64,000 nucleotides of DNA from an uncultured Gemmatimonadaceae bacterium. Lineage in GTDB: Bacteria; Gemmatimonadota; Gemmatimonadetes; Gemmatimonadales; Gemmatimonadaceae. Shown piece after piece: positions 1 to 9,197 of the stretch (positions are counted from its first letter, which is position 1; each line of letters starts with the position of its first letter). Both the position numbers and the translations under genes were made by a program. The DNA is taken from contig CAWAGQ010000008.1 in assembly GCA_963781585.1 (NCBI GenBank), positions 1 to 64,000 on the forward strand. The letters are read 5' to 3'. The notes under the pieces are model-generated. The model did no database searches, was not told the origin of the DNA, and saw nothing but the letters and a program-made list of their open reading frames with translations.

Positions 1-721
1 GTGTCACAGCAGTATGCAACGGTACGTCAGCTCTTGCGCGAGCCGTACGAATCGGCCGGCGCAGACATACCGACCCTCCGCCCAGCTCTCTCCGTCCCGA
101 GGGGGGAGTTGGAGGACACGGGTCAGGTCGTATCGCTGGTAGACGGATACGTGGAAATCGTCGAGCACCGCTGGAAACAAGAGGGAGACGTACTTGTGTC
201 CCCAAGCCGTATCCTCGACGTCCGGGGCTACCGCCGCCAATCGATGTTGCAGGGCGAGATAGTCCAGGTCGTCCGCGTCCGCGCGAAGAGCGCTCAACAG
301 CTCTCACCGCGGCCAGCAGCTGCTCGCGGTGTCGCTCCGCGATGGCAATTGCCTCGTCCAGGCCAATGTCCTTCGGAGAATTGCCGCTGCCCTTCGTAGC
401 CCACGTGCCGGTCTCCGCGCGGCGATATACACCGAACTTCAGCGCGCTTCCACCGGCGATGCTACCAAAGATGGCTGGAAATGTCGTCGTCCTTGAACTC
501 AAGCCAGTAGACCAGACTCTCCTTGCTTCCGTGCGCATGCATCCGCTCCAGCAGCTCCCGGCCTTGCAGTGACCGGAGGATTTCCGGCCCAAATTCCTGC
601 CGAAATGCATCGTAGTAGCGTTGGAGCTGCTGTGGCGCTCGGATTGTTCCGTCCGCTTTCAGATTCCGATAAAATAGAATTCAAGGAGCTCGTCGCGAAT
701 TATCGGGTGGATTTCTGTCAT
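1..721 (-). pseudogene. McrB-like (AAA+ restriction ATPase/GTPase family) N-terminal region, multiply frameshifted; continues beyond window start
   Basis: Manual frame-joining from ATG 721 gives MTEIHPIIRDELLEF/YRNLKADG...QRYYDAFRQEFGPEILRSLQGRELLERMH...SLVYWLEFKDDD/FPAIFGSIAGGSALKFGVYRR.../LLSALRADADDLDYLALQ...AWGHKYVSLLFP...GRYVCAGRFV. These motifs are recalled from McrB-family N-termini. At least 4 frame changes are needed, and the NTPase domain is not in the window. Confidence 0.6.
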
Positions 722-1034
722 CGTGATCTCGCTGGGGCGGGCAGGTTGGCTTGTGGTCGCGAATCTGGTCCGGGCTTCGAGGTTCCCCGCCCGTCTGACG
801 TGCCGCGGGAAGAGAATAGCTCGTACAGTCGCTGCTCGGGAGATTCTGTGTGAAATTCGACCCTCGCTCGAGGTCTGCCGGCCTTGCCCCGCTCTGACCC
901 AGACTGCCGAGATCCAATTTGCAGGGTGACGTTGGCTCAACCGCAGGCGGACGCAACTAGCCAGTGAACCGGGCCTATCCAAGTTTGAACCGACCTCGGC
1001 CCAACTCCCGACATCCCGATAATCCGGAACTAAC

Positions 1035-1345
1035 ATGACTCTTCCGATTCCACCCGCTCCCGATTCTTCGCGCCGATAGAACGCGCGCTGGCACGCCGCG
1101 ATGGAGATTTCAGTCGCCCGGTCCGGTGTGATTGGGCCCCCGCGGATACAAGCGAGATGCGACAGTGACGATTCGCCGCACAGATGCTCGGTTCTTCCAG
1201 ACTGATTGGGAGAGCAAGCATCCCTCCCGGTTTTCGGCACGAATCAGGGCGGCAGCAACCGTGCTGCAGCGAACTGGGCACCGGGGCCGCTTCCGAATCA
1301 GTCACGCCGATGGCACGCTGGTGATTTCTCCGCTGATCACTCGCT
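1035..1345 (+). pseudogene. Degraded small hypothetical gene
   Basis: Protein-like stretch GYKRDATVTIRRTDARFFQTDWESKHPSRFSARIRAAATVLQRTGHRGRFRISHADGTLVIS with no clean in-frame start; runs into the next fragment. Confidence 0.25.
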
Positions 1346-1360
1346 CGAATGGAATAGTCT

Positions 1361-1944
1361 CGGCCACATCGACGAGATCACCAGTGCCCCCGTCGCTACC
1401 ACCGACCCCGGGCACGTCCCGCGCTACTATATGGATGGCGCGTTCGACTGCGACTGCTGGTTCCGCGCCCTCGACCTGCGGCGCATCGTGAGCGACGACC
1501 TCCTGGGCGTCATCCAGGACTCAAGCAGCTCCAGAACGTCCATTATTTCGACAAGCCCGTCTCGCTCTACGGCGGCATGGTGAACCTGCCGCTCGTCGTC
1601 ACCCGCCGCGACGGCGCGCGCTTCTTTGACGACGCCTCCTATGACGCGCTCACCGACGGCCGCCTCTGGGTCGAGGTGGATGCCTCACGTGCCGGTGACG
1701 CAGCCCCCATTGCCGCGCTCCAGCGCGATCTCCGCGATAGTTTGTTCGGCGAAGACGCGTGGATCGGCCTCGCCCCATCGCGCAGGACGTCGGGCACCTC
1801 ACCCTCGGGGCGCGCTGTCACACGCTCCGGGAGGAAGCAGCCATGCGGCGGGCATTGAGCTCAGGCTGCGCGACGGCGCCTGGTTCATCAACACGTTTCC
1901 CTCGGCCATCGCGGACCTCGCCGAAGTACGCAACCGCGCTGCAC
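1361..1944 (+). pseudogene. HP0729-like protein fragment, copy A (5'-truncated, frameshifted, internally deleted)
   Basis: GHIDEIT..VPRYY..DCWF..DLRRIVSDDLLGVIQ/LKQLQNVHYFDKPVSLYGGMVNLPLVV..LFGEDAW..GHLTLG..LRLRDGAWF..VRNRAA; near-identical DNA to 7988-8220 and similar to 8350-8512. Confidence 0.7.
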
Positions 1945-2032
1945 TGCGACGGCGTCCGGTGGTCCTCTTCGGTGCCGGCCTCGCATGCTGCTCCGTTGTC
2001 GATCATCGCGCTGCCAGCGTCCCACTCTCTGA

Positions 2033-2887
2033 CTAGCGTGGCGCCCTATATAGGTTGATGTAGCCCGTTACTGAGGACCCAAGACCGAACGCGGATGGGT
2101 TCCGGACAGTCAGGCTGGCTGTTTCACGCACCTCGCATTCCACCCGAATCGTCTGCGCCTCCTCTGAGTCTCCGCAGCTCGGCTCGCCGATCCAAGCGAC
2201 CGCAACGCCGGACTTTCCTCCAGCTGTTGGCTTGACGCTCAAGTCCAACTCGTACTTGCCTTGCTGGAGCGTGATTGTAGTCGAGGCTCCGTCCCGCAAC
2301 GCGAGAGGTTCCGATTTGAGTAGTTCAACGACCGTGACGGGAATCTCGCGCGTCGCACGCCCGGCACTGACCGTGATTCGAGCCTTACCGACCATCAGAG
2401 GCATCGGCTTCGCACCTGCCAGTGCCACCACGGATGGGTTGTTCGAGACGATCTGAAACGGCACGTCGGCGACCTCTCGCCCGGCCAAATCTGTCGCCGA
2501 CAGTGAGAGCGACTGCTCTTCTCGCCCTTTGACAAGGCGTAGCGTTTCAGGACCCTCGATGGTCCCGATGACGTCACAGCGAACAGTCATTGATGCGCTT
2601 TGACCACCGCCAGCCACAACCACCGTGCCTTCGCCCACATTAGCACAGGCGATCGATCCGTCGGGGCCTGCCCGGAGGAGACTCGACGGAGTGGCGGAGT
2701 AGGAGAGTCTCGGCTCGGACAAAGGGACACCGGCACCGTTGACCAGTCGCGCGCCGAGCTGGTGCGGCAGAGTATCCAAGACTCTGAGACTTGGCGTGTC
2801 GAGCCGTATCGCAACCGGCGTGTTGTCCTTGCATGCGAGCACGATCAGCAATGCAATCGCCGCCAAAGTAACCGGCAATCGTTTCAT
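2033..2887 (-). CDS. Lipoprotein with Ig-like (Big_2-type) domains
   Basis: 284 aa; signal peptide with lipobox VLAC; beta-rich repeats such as SNNPSVVAL..GKARITVSAG. Confidence 0.7.
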   Translation of the reverse strand: MKRLPVTLAAIALLIVLACKDNTPVAIRLDTPSLRVLDTLPHQLGARLVNGAGVPLSEPRLSYSATPSSLLRAGPDGSIACANVGEGTVVVAGGGQSASMTVRCDVIGTIEGPETLRLVKGREEQSLSLSATDLAGREVADVPFQIVSNNPSVVALAGAKPMPLMVGKARITVSAGRATREIPVTVVELLKSEPLALRDGASTTITLQQGKYELDLSVKPTAGGKSGVAVAWIGEPSCGDSEEAQTIRVECEVRETASLTVRNPSAFGLGSSVTGYINLYRAPR

Positions 2888-3184
2888 ACCAGCGTTCTCC
2901 GCCGCGAGAGCCTATCCATGTGTTGAGGTCATCCATGGAGGACGGTGCGGTGTCCGAGGCAGTAACAGCCAGTTCATCCTATTGGATAGGGTGACGCCGG
3001 GCGCGGCCAGTCGGCGACAGCAGAGCGCGCACCTACTGGCTCGTGAGTCCACAAGTGTGATTGTTATCACGAGCTCTTCCGCCGACGCACCGCCGCAGTC
3101 CTAGCGGCTTGCAGACGATCCGGGCGAAAACAGAAGCAGGCCGCTGGTCGTCTTTGCCCTGTACGCCCCTCTCTCGAGCCTGCC

Positions 3185-4372
3185 ATGCGTCTCCCTCGCC
3201 CTTTGGTTCTCAGCCTGCTTGGCGCCTATTTGGGCGCCGGTACCGCTGCTTCTAGTCAGTCCCTGGGCTTCCAGCCCTTACCGACTGCCGATCACGGGTC
3301 AATGCTGAGCGTCGAGTTCGGACCCACTCGACCGGAGCACGAGCCATGGCGGAGATGGGTTGCTGCCACTCCTGAGTTCGCGCAACATCTCCGCTGGTTA
3401 TCGGATCAAGTCGTCCTTCCGCGCGAGGTGCCCGTACTGTTCACCTCATGCGGTACTTCCAATGCGTTCTATGTGCCGCAACTGCATACCATCCGGATTT
3501 GCTACGAATACATCGAACAGCGACGCAAGCTCATACAAAGCAACGTGTCGTCGCCGACCGAGGAGATGGTCCGAGACGCTCTCATTCGCTCAACGCTCCA
3601 CGTGATCAATCACGAGGTGGGTCACGCGATTGTGGACCTCCTGAGTCTCCCTGTGCTCGGTCGCGAGGAGGACGCCGCTGATGGGTTCAGTGCATTCATC
3701 CTGCTTGAGCGCGGTGGCCCGTCCGACGCCTACTCGGTCTTACAGGGGGCGCTCACCAATGGGCAGCATCCGCTCTTCGAGACGGGAAGCGCAGCCGATG
3801 TGCATTCGCTCAACGACCAGCGATTTTACAACCTGATGTGTTGGATGCTCGGAAGCGACACCGTGCGATTCGCCGGATTCGCCCAGAAGGCCAATCTGCC
3901 CGCGTTTCGCCAGCGTTCCTGCGCACATGAATGGGCGCAGTTGCGGGCGAGCTGGATCAAGGTGCTTGGGGATAACCTCCGCCCGTCCGATAGCGTCATA
4001 GCTATGGACTCGTTCACCGGGCCTGCCAGAACCGTCGAGCTCATGAACGATCAAACCCTTCAGGTCCCTGCTGGCGGGTACATTCGACAAGAATTCCACA
4101 TCCCCTTTGCGCAGTGCCACGCACACCTGAACGTCCTCGGCCTTGACGGTGGGAATCGCGACGTGATCACGATGGTCTTCGACCGGTACAGCTTTCTTAG
4201 CTGGTCGAGCAACACCTTTGCTGAGCCGGTCTTTCAGAGCGGGCAGATGCGCCAACTCGTGTCCGACGTTCCGCTCCGCGGACCAGGAGACTTCGTTCTC
4301 GTGGTCAACAACAAGTTCTCGGGGTTCACACCGAAGGCTGTGAAGGCCACGGTGACTGTGTCCTGCCCCTGA
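3185..4372 (+). CDS. DUF4344-type putative zinc metallopeptidase, exported
   Basis: 395 aa; signal peptide; CGTSNAFY, HEVGH zinc motif, LPVLGREEDAAD and H..RFYNLMCW motifs; extra C-terminal beta domain. Confidence 0.8.
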   Translation: MRLPRPLVLSLLGAYLGAGTAASSQSLGFQPLPTADHGSMLSVEFGPTRPEHEPWRRWVAATPEFAQHLRWLSDQVVLPREVPVLFTSCGTSNAFYVPQLHTIRICYEYIEQRRKLIQSNVSSPTEEMVRDALIRSTLHVINHEVGHAIVDLLSLPVLGREEDAADGFSAFILLERGGPSDAYSVLQGALTNGQHPLFETGSAADVHSLNDQRFYNLMCWMLGSDTVRFAGFAQKANLPAFRQRSCAHEWAQLRASWIKVLGDNLRPSDSVIAMDSFTGPARTVELMNDQTLQVPAGGYIRQEFHIPFAQCHAHLNVLGLDGGNRDVITMVFDRYSFLSWSSNTFAEPVFQSGQMRQLVSDVPLRGPGDFVLVVNNKFSGFTPKAVKATVTVSCP

Positions 4373-4459
4373 TTTCGACCTCCCGTTCGACGCAGCCCAG
4401 TACCATAGCGGCAAGGCCCAGCCGCACGGCGATGATCACGACGCCCCACAGGAGGGAGC

Positions 4460-4681
4460 GTCCGCGATCACCGCGGCGACGTGCCCTTCGACTTCACGCC
4501 GGTGGTCCTGAACCTCGCCAAGGCCATCGAGGTCCGGGCCCTGGCGCACACTCTCGCTCGGCCTGCGTGGCGCCAAGGAGGAATCGCGGCGCGCGCTGCT
4601 CAACGGGCGGACGGTCGACGTGCTCGATGTCGGGCATCTCACCCTCGGGGCGCTCTGTCACATGCTCCGGGAGTAAGCAGC
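4460..4681 (+). pseudogene. HP0729-like protein fragment, copy C (central part)
   Basis: RDHRGDVPFDFTPVVLNLAKAIEVRA..LLNGRTVDVLDVGHLTLGALCHMLRE*; DNA 4626-4681 matches 1786-1841. Confidence 0.6.
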
Positions 4682-4693
4682 ACAAAGACTGTG

Positions 4694-4830
4694 TATTTCG
4701 GCCCATTCCGTTCCCGCATTTCGCTCGAAGCCGTTCAGCCATTTCGGTCCAAGGCGTTCAGTCGTTTCGCTCCAAGCCGTTCACCCTTTCGTGCCATGGC
4801 GATCACTGATTTCGGTGCAAGTCGATCAGG
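4694..4830 (+). repeat. Six imperfect ~23-bp tandem repeats (IS21 terminal transposase-binding repeats)
   Basis: TATTTCGGCCCATTCCGTTCCCG / CATTTCGCTCGAAGCCGTTCAGC / CATTTCGGTCCAAGGCGTTCAGT / CGTTTCGCTCCAAGCCGTTCACC / CTTTCGTGCCATGGCGATCACT / GATTTCGGTGCAAGTCGATCAGG. Confidence 0.8.
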
Positions 4831-4910
4831 GCATACTGCGATGAGCTGAGGGCCGCGGGATCCCATCCGCTGCCGGCGATCCTTCCGGAGACTCTTTCCG
4901 GAGCGACGCT

Positions 4911-5300
4911 GTGACAGCTGCGAGGGTATCCATGCGGAAGGTTCTTGACGTCATGCGGCTCGCCTTCGACGCCGGCCGCAGCCAGCACGAGATCGCGCTG
5001 GCGCTCGGGCTCGCGCAGAGCACAGTCGGGGAGTATCTGCGGCGCTTTCGGGCGAGCGGGCTCGCCTGGCCACTCGCGTCCGAGATCGACGAGGCGGTGC
5101 TTGAGGCTCGGCTCTTCGCGCGCCCGGTCATCCCTCCGGCCGAGGCACGACCGCTGCCCGACTGGTCGACCGTCCATCGGGAGCTCCGGCGCAAGGGCGT
5201 GACGCTGCAGCTCCTGTGGCAGGAGTACAAGCAGCGTGCGGCGGACGGCTATCAGTACACCCAGTTCTGTCGCCACTACCACGCGTGGGCCGATCAGCTG
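4911..5300 (+). pseudogene. istA: IS21 transposase IstA, N-terminal fragment
   Basis: MRKVLDVMRL..HTH (SQHEIALALGLAQSTVGEYL)..PDWSTVHRELRRKGVTLQLLWQEYK..GYQYTQFC; truncated before the DDE domain. Confidence 0.85.
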
Positions 5301-5546
5301 GCGAAGAACAGCAACAGCCGACGTCTCCACAATCTCGCCCGTTGACTTGACGCGAGCGCGACCTGCGCCGGCATACAGCCCGATGTACGCGCGTTGCGGC
5401 CACCTGCCGCTCACCGCAGTCGCGAACAACTCGGCGTACTGGTTGTGGATCGCAATCTTCTCGAGCGAATGAGGCCGGATCTCGGGCAGGTAGAGTCCGT
5501 CGTCCTCCTCACACCTTCTGACCCAAGCTGCGTACGACATGATCAC
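5295..5546 (-). pseudogene. tcmP: Three-Cys-motif partner protein TcmP, truncated after ~84 aa
   Basis: DDGLYLPEIRPHSLEKIAIHNQY..YIGLYAGAG..GEIVETS motifs; start overlaps the DUF5131 stop; the rest of the 247-aa ORF is antisense istA. Confidence 0.7.
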
Positions 5547-6301
5547 ACCGCCACGAGCGGCGTGTTGTCAGGGTACGCGTTGTGGATCTGTCCGTCGATG
5601 AGCCGACCTCCTGCCTTCGGCGTGTAGCCGCCCCACTGTTTCCAGAAGAACGCCACCCGATGCCTGGCGCACAAATCGCGAAGACCCTTGGCCCATTCCG
5701 CCTTCGGGGGTCTGAACCCAGCGCCGCTTTCGCCGCCGCCGATCACCCAGTGAATGCCCTCCAGGTTCAGCATCTCCAGGGATCCCAACAGCGGCTCGGC
5801 GCTGATGAACCGAACCGCGGCAGGAATCTGGCGGAGCGCGTCGGCGCGCCGTATCACGCGCTCATCTTCAATCGAGGTGCCAATCCAGATGTTAGACGAC
5901 CATTCCAGGTGTTCAGCGAGGCGGAGCGCGCGTTCCGGACGCTTGGTCAGCACCTGAAACTGGTGCCAGCTTGCGCGATTCATGACCTCGAAGATCTGTC
6001 GGATCATCCCTAACGAGAAATGCGCGTGGAAGACGTCAGACATCGAGTTGACGAACACCCGCCGAGGCTCGCGCCAGCGCAGCGGTTGCGCCAGACGGTC
6101 TTCCCAGAAGCGAGGCGCGAAGGGATCCCTCCGGCCCGACTCGGTGTCGCGCACCGGGAGCTGGCGCAGATACACGTCCCTCGTGCGCTTCTCCGCGACC
6201 ACCGCCGCGTAGCAGTGATCGCAACCGGCCGAGATCTTCGTGCAGCCGGTCATGGGATTCCATGTGGCGTCGGTCCACTCGATGCCGGTTCTCGTGCCCA
6301 T
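5543..6301 (-). CDS. DUF5131 / phage Gp37-Gp68 family three-Cys-motif protein
   Basis: TGIEWTDATWNPMTGCTKISAGCDHCYA, FVNSMSDVFH, QVLTKRPER, RFISAEPLLG, WVIGGGESG, FFWKQWGG. Confidence 0.92.
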   Translation of the reverse strand: MGTRTGIEWTDATWNPMTGCTKISAGCDHCYAAVVAEKRTRDVYLRQLPVRDTESGRRDPFAPRFWEDRLAQPLRWREPRRVFVNSMSDVFHAHFSLGMIRQIFEVMNRASWHQFQVLTKRPERALRLAEHLEWSSNIWIGTSIEDERVIRRADALRQIPAAVRFISAEPLLGSLEMLNLEGIHWVIGGGESGAGFRPPKAEWAKGLRDLCARHRVAFFWKQWGGYTPKAGGRLIDGQIHNAYPDNTPLVAV

Positions 6302-6433
6302 GGTCGCTCGCCCCCGACTGTATCAAATGAAGCGACTGAATGACCGAAGATAAGCCGAACGGTCACCTTGCGCCACTCGGGAGGCGCGCGGCTGCCGCCA
6401 GGCTGAATGCGCGCTCCGCGCCGCCGCACCGTT

Positions 6434-6474
6434 ATCCTTGCATTTCTGGAATGCCGCTCCATAATTGCAAGGAT
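6434..6474 (+). promoter_or_regulatory. Sigma70-like leaderless promoter enclosed by an inverted-repeat operator
   Basis: TTGCAT(6438)-16 bp-CATAAT(6460)-7 nt-ATG(6473); IR ATCCTTGCA(6434-6442) / TGCAAGGAT(6466-6474). Confidence 0.6.
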
Positions 6475-7639
6475 GATCCCCCGCCGCATTCTGCCCGGCC
6501 TCACCGCCGCCCTGGCCGAATCCCCGGCTGTGGCGCTCCTCGGTCCACGACAGGTCGGCAAGACTACTCTCGCCCTCCAAATCGCCAGCAAGCGGCCCGC
6601 GGTCTATCTCGATCTGCAGTCCCACGCGGACCGGACCAAGCTCTCGGAACCCGAGCTCTACCTCCGACAGCACGAAGACAAGCTCGTGATCCTCGACGAG
6701 ATCCAGCGCACCCCGCAGCTCTTCCGAAGCCTGCGGGGTCTGATCGACGCCGGCAGGCGCCGCGGGCGCGGCAAGGGGCGCTTTCTCGTCCTGGGCTCGG
6801 CATCGATCGACCTCCTCAAGCAATCCAGCGAATCGCTCGCCGGACGTATCCGCTACCTGGAGCTCGCGCCGCTCGATGCGGGCGAGGCCGGCGAGAAGCG
6901 CCTCCAGGCGCTCTGGCTGCGCGGCGGCTTTCCTGAAAGCCTCCTCGCCGCTTCCGATGGACAAAGCCTGCGTTGGCGCATCGACTTCATCCGCACATAC
7001 CTCGAGCGCGATATCCCGCAGCTCGGGCCGCGCATCCCGGCCGAGACGCTGCGCCGCCTCTGGACCATGCTCGCGCACCAGCAGGGTGGGCTGCTCAACG
7101 CGGCCGTCCTCGCCCGTGCCCTCGCCGTGGACGGCAAGACCGTCGCCTCCTACCTCGACTTACTCGTGGACCTGCTGCTCGTGCGCCGCCTCGCTCCCTG
7201 GCACGGCAACGTACGCAAGCGCCTGGTCAAGTCGCCCAAGGTCTACGTTCGGGACAGCGGGCTCGTACACGCGCTGCTCGGAATCGCCGACCGCGAGGCG
7301 CTGCTCGCGCACCCGGTGGCTGGAGGAAGCTGGGAAGGTCTGGGCCTCGAATCGCTGATCGCCGCCGCCCCGGCCGGCACCGAGGCGTACTTCTTCCGCA
7401 CTGCGGCTGGCGCCGAGATCGACCTGCTGCTGAAACTTCCCGGCCACCGCAAGCCCTGGGCAATCGAGGTGAAGCGCGGGCTCGCCCCACAGCTCGAACG
7501 AGGATTCCATCTGGCCTGCGAGACCGTGAAACCGGAACGGCGACTGGTGGTGTATGGCGGCGCCGAGCGCTTTCCCCTGGCCGATGACGTCGAGGCGCTC
7601 GCACTCACCGACCTGTGCGACGAGCTATCCACGGCATGA
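6473..7639 (+). CDS. AAA+ ATPase with DUF4143 domain (AAA_14-DUF4143)
   Basis: Walker A GPRQVGKTT, Walker B ILDEIQ, LAGR, RGGFP, KSPKVYVRDSG, C-terminal EIDL..AIEVK nuclease-like motif; ATG 6473 preferred as start. Confidence 0.92.
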   Translation: MIPRRILPGLTAALAESPAVALLGPRQVGKTTLALQIASKRPAVYLDLQSHADRTKLSEPELYLRQHEDKLVILDEIQRTPQLFRSLRGLIDAGRRRGRGKGRFLVLGSASIDLLKQSSESLAGRIRYLELAPLDAGEAGEKRLQALWLRGGFPESLLAASDGQSLRWRIDFIRTYLERDIPQLGPRIPAETLRRLWTMLAHQQGGLLNAAVLARALAVDGKTVASYLDLLVDLLLVRRLAPWHGNVRKRLVKSPKVYVRDSGLVHALLGIADREALLAHPVAGGSWEGLGLESLIAAAPAGTEAYFFRTAAGAEIDLLLKLPGHRKPWAIEVKRGLAPQLERGFHLACETVKPERRLVVYGGAERFPLADDVEALALTDLCDELSTA

Positions 7640-7685
7640 GTCAGGTCGCTTTCCTCGTTATGGATACTCGATGTGAAATAGAGAC

Positions 7686-8619
7686 ATGAGCGACCAGATA
7701 TCGCCCCAGCGCCACCTCGTCTCCGTCTGGAACCCCTCCTACACGTCCGTGGACGCCATGGACGCCCACCTCACCGTTCTCCTCGCCCACGCTCGGCGCG
7801 CGAGGGAAGGCCAGGCCAGCGACGACGACACCTACGTCTGGTGGGGCAAGCTCCGATCGAAGAACCGCCAGCAGGACGAACTCGCCAATGAACAGGACCT
7901 CCTCGAGATCGAAGCCGAGCTCGCGGCCGAGGGCGCGACCGACCGCGAGGTCCACCTCTACCTCACCGACTATCGTTCCCTCTTTGTCGGCCACATCGAC
8001 GAGATCACCCGCGACCCCGTCGCCACCACCGACCCCGGGCACGTCCCGCGCTACTATAATAGACGGCGCGTTCGACTGCGACTGCTGGTTCCGCGTCCTC
8101 GACCTACGGCGCATCGTGAGCGACGACCTCCTGGGCGTCATCCAGGAGCTCAAGCAGCTCCAGAACGTCCACTACTTCAACAAGCCGGTCTCCCTTTACG
8201 GCGGCATGGTCAACCTGCCGCCGTAAATAGCATTCAGCCGACGGCGAAACCAGCATTCAGCCGACGCCAGAACCAGCGTTCAGCCGGCCGCCGCCGTAGC
8301 CTTGGACAATGCCCGCCCGCACGGCTGCCTTTGCCGCACGGTCGACGTGGTCGAGGCGGGACATTTGACGTTAGGCACCATCGGTCGCATCCTCCAGGAC
8401 GAACCGGCCATGCGCCAGGCGCTGACGCTCCGGCTCCGCGACGGAAGCTGGTTCGTGAACGGCTTCCCCACCGCCATCGCAGACCTGGCCGAAGTGCGCA
8501 ACCGCGCTGCACACGCCGAGCGGATCGCCCGCGCCGAGACGATCGCCTGGCGCGACGAACTGCTGGGGGTGGGACGCGAGGGAGTGCTGGCTCGGCTGGC
8601 GAGGGTGCGGGTGGTGTGA
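7686..8619 (+). pseudogene. HP0729-like protein with C-terminal HEPN-type motif, copy B (frameshift ~8058; centre replaced at 8223-8338)
   Basis: VWNPSY..YVWWGKLRS..HLYLTDYRSLFVGHIDEIT..VPRYY/..SLYGGMVNLP, then resumes TVDVVEAGHLTLG..EVRNRAAH..WRDELLGVGREGVLARL. Confidence 0.75.
8223..8338. mobile_element. Probable IS/transposon end remnant with three 23-bp-period repeats
   Basis: AGCATTCAGCCG at 8229 and 8252, AGCGTTCAGCCG at 8275; begins where homology to copy A breaks. Confidence 0.4.
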
Positions 8620-8697
8620 TTCCGCGTCGCGCTCCGAAGATCCGGCGTGCAATGATTTGGTACGAGTGGCGGCGGCCATCAGAGCTACGATGGCCAT

Positions 8698-8937
8698 GTG
8701 CGCTTCACCGACTATTTTCTCGAGAACGTGCTGCCCAGGCGGCCGTACATCCAGGCTCAGTGGCTGGAGCGCGCCCTGGCCTCGCCCGCATGGATCGAGC
8801 GGCAGCCGGACGATCGGGTACGGTATTGGGTGTATATTCCCGAGCTGCAGCGGTACCTCCGCGTGGTCACGCTCGCGGATGGTGAGACGATTCACAACGC
8901 TTTTCCGGATCGCCGGTTTGTGAGGCCACCACGATGA
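8698..8937 (+). CDS. Putative RelE/DUF4258-like toxin
   Basis: 79 aa, GTG start; RYLRVVTLADGETIHNAFPDR motif; ATGA overlap with a DUF2283 gene. Confidence 0.7.
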   Translation: MRFTDYFLENVLPRRPYIQAQWLERALASPAWIERQPDDRVRYWVYIPELQRYLRVVTLADGETIHNAFPDRRFVRPPR

Positions 8938-9149
8938 AGCTGAGCTATGACCGCACAACGGACTCGCTCTATCTGCTCTTCGTCGATCGGCCGGGGGCTG
9001 ACGCTGTAGAAGTCGCGCCTGGTGTGGTCATGGATCTCGACGAAGCGGGTGAGATCGTCGGCCTGGACATCGACCACGCCAGTCGGTTCGTCGACGAGGC
9101 GACGCTTCGACACCAGGCGATTCCCATTGAACTGGGCTCGCATCGCTGA
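8934..9149 (+). CDS. DUF2283 family putative antitoxin
   Basis: MKLSYDRTTDSLYL..EVAPGVVMDLDEAGEIVGLDIDHAS. Confidence 0.85.
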   Translation: MKLSYDRTTDSLYLLFVDRPGADAVEVAPGVVMDLDEAGEIVGLDIDHASRFVDEATLRHQAIPIELGSHR

Positions 9150-9197
9150 TCGGATCCAGCAGCAATGGCCTTCTGGATGCTTCGCGCACTGGCGTGG

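Larger units (their letters stand above)
4690..5300 (+). mobile_element. IS21-family insertion sequence remnant (left end plus 5' part of istA)
   Basis: Starts 5'-TG at 4690, followed by six ~23-bp imperfect repeats and an IstA-like ORF; istB and the right end are absent. Confidence 0.8.

Noticed and set aside
3056..3071. CRP/FNR-like site TGTGA-N6-TCACG between divergent genes
   Set aside because: Single imperfect match with no regulator or promoter support
4694..4830. CRISPR-like array
   Set aside because: Repeats are contiguous without unique spacers, no cas genes are present, and the position at a TG-starting end before istA fits IS21 terminal repeats
4803..5546. 247-aa ORF as a full protein
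   Set aside because: Chimera of the tcmP 5' end and antisense istA sequence
5543..6301. Prophage inferred from the Gp37/Gp68 family name
   Set aside because: No structural, terminase or integrase genes in the window
7686..8885. 399-aa ORF as an intact gene
   Set aside because: After ~8058 it reads out of frame (Arg/Pro-rich); homology to copy A continues in another frame
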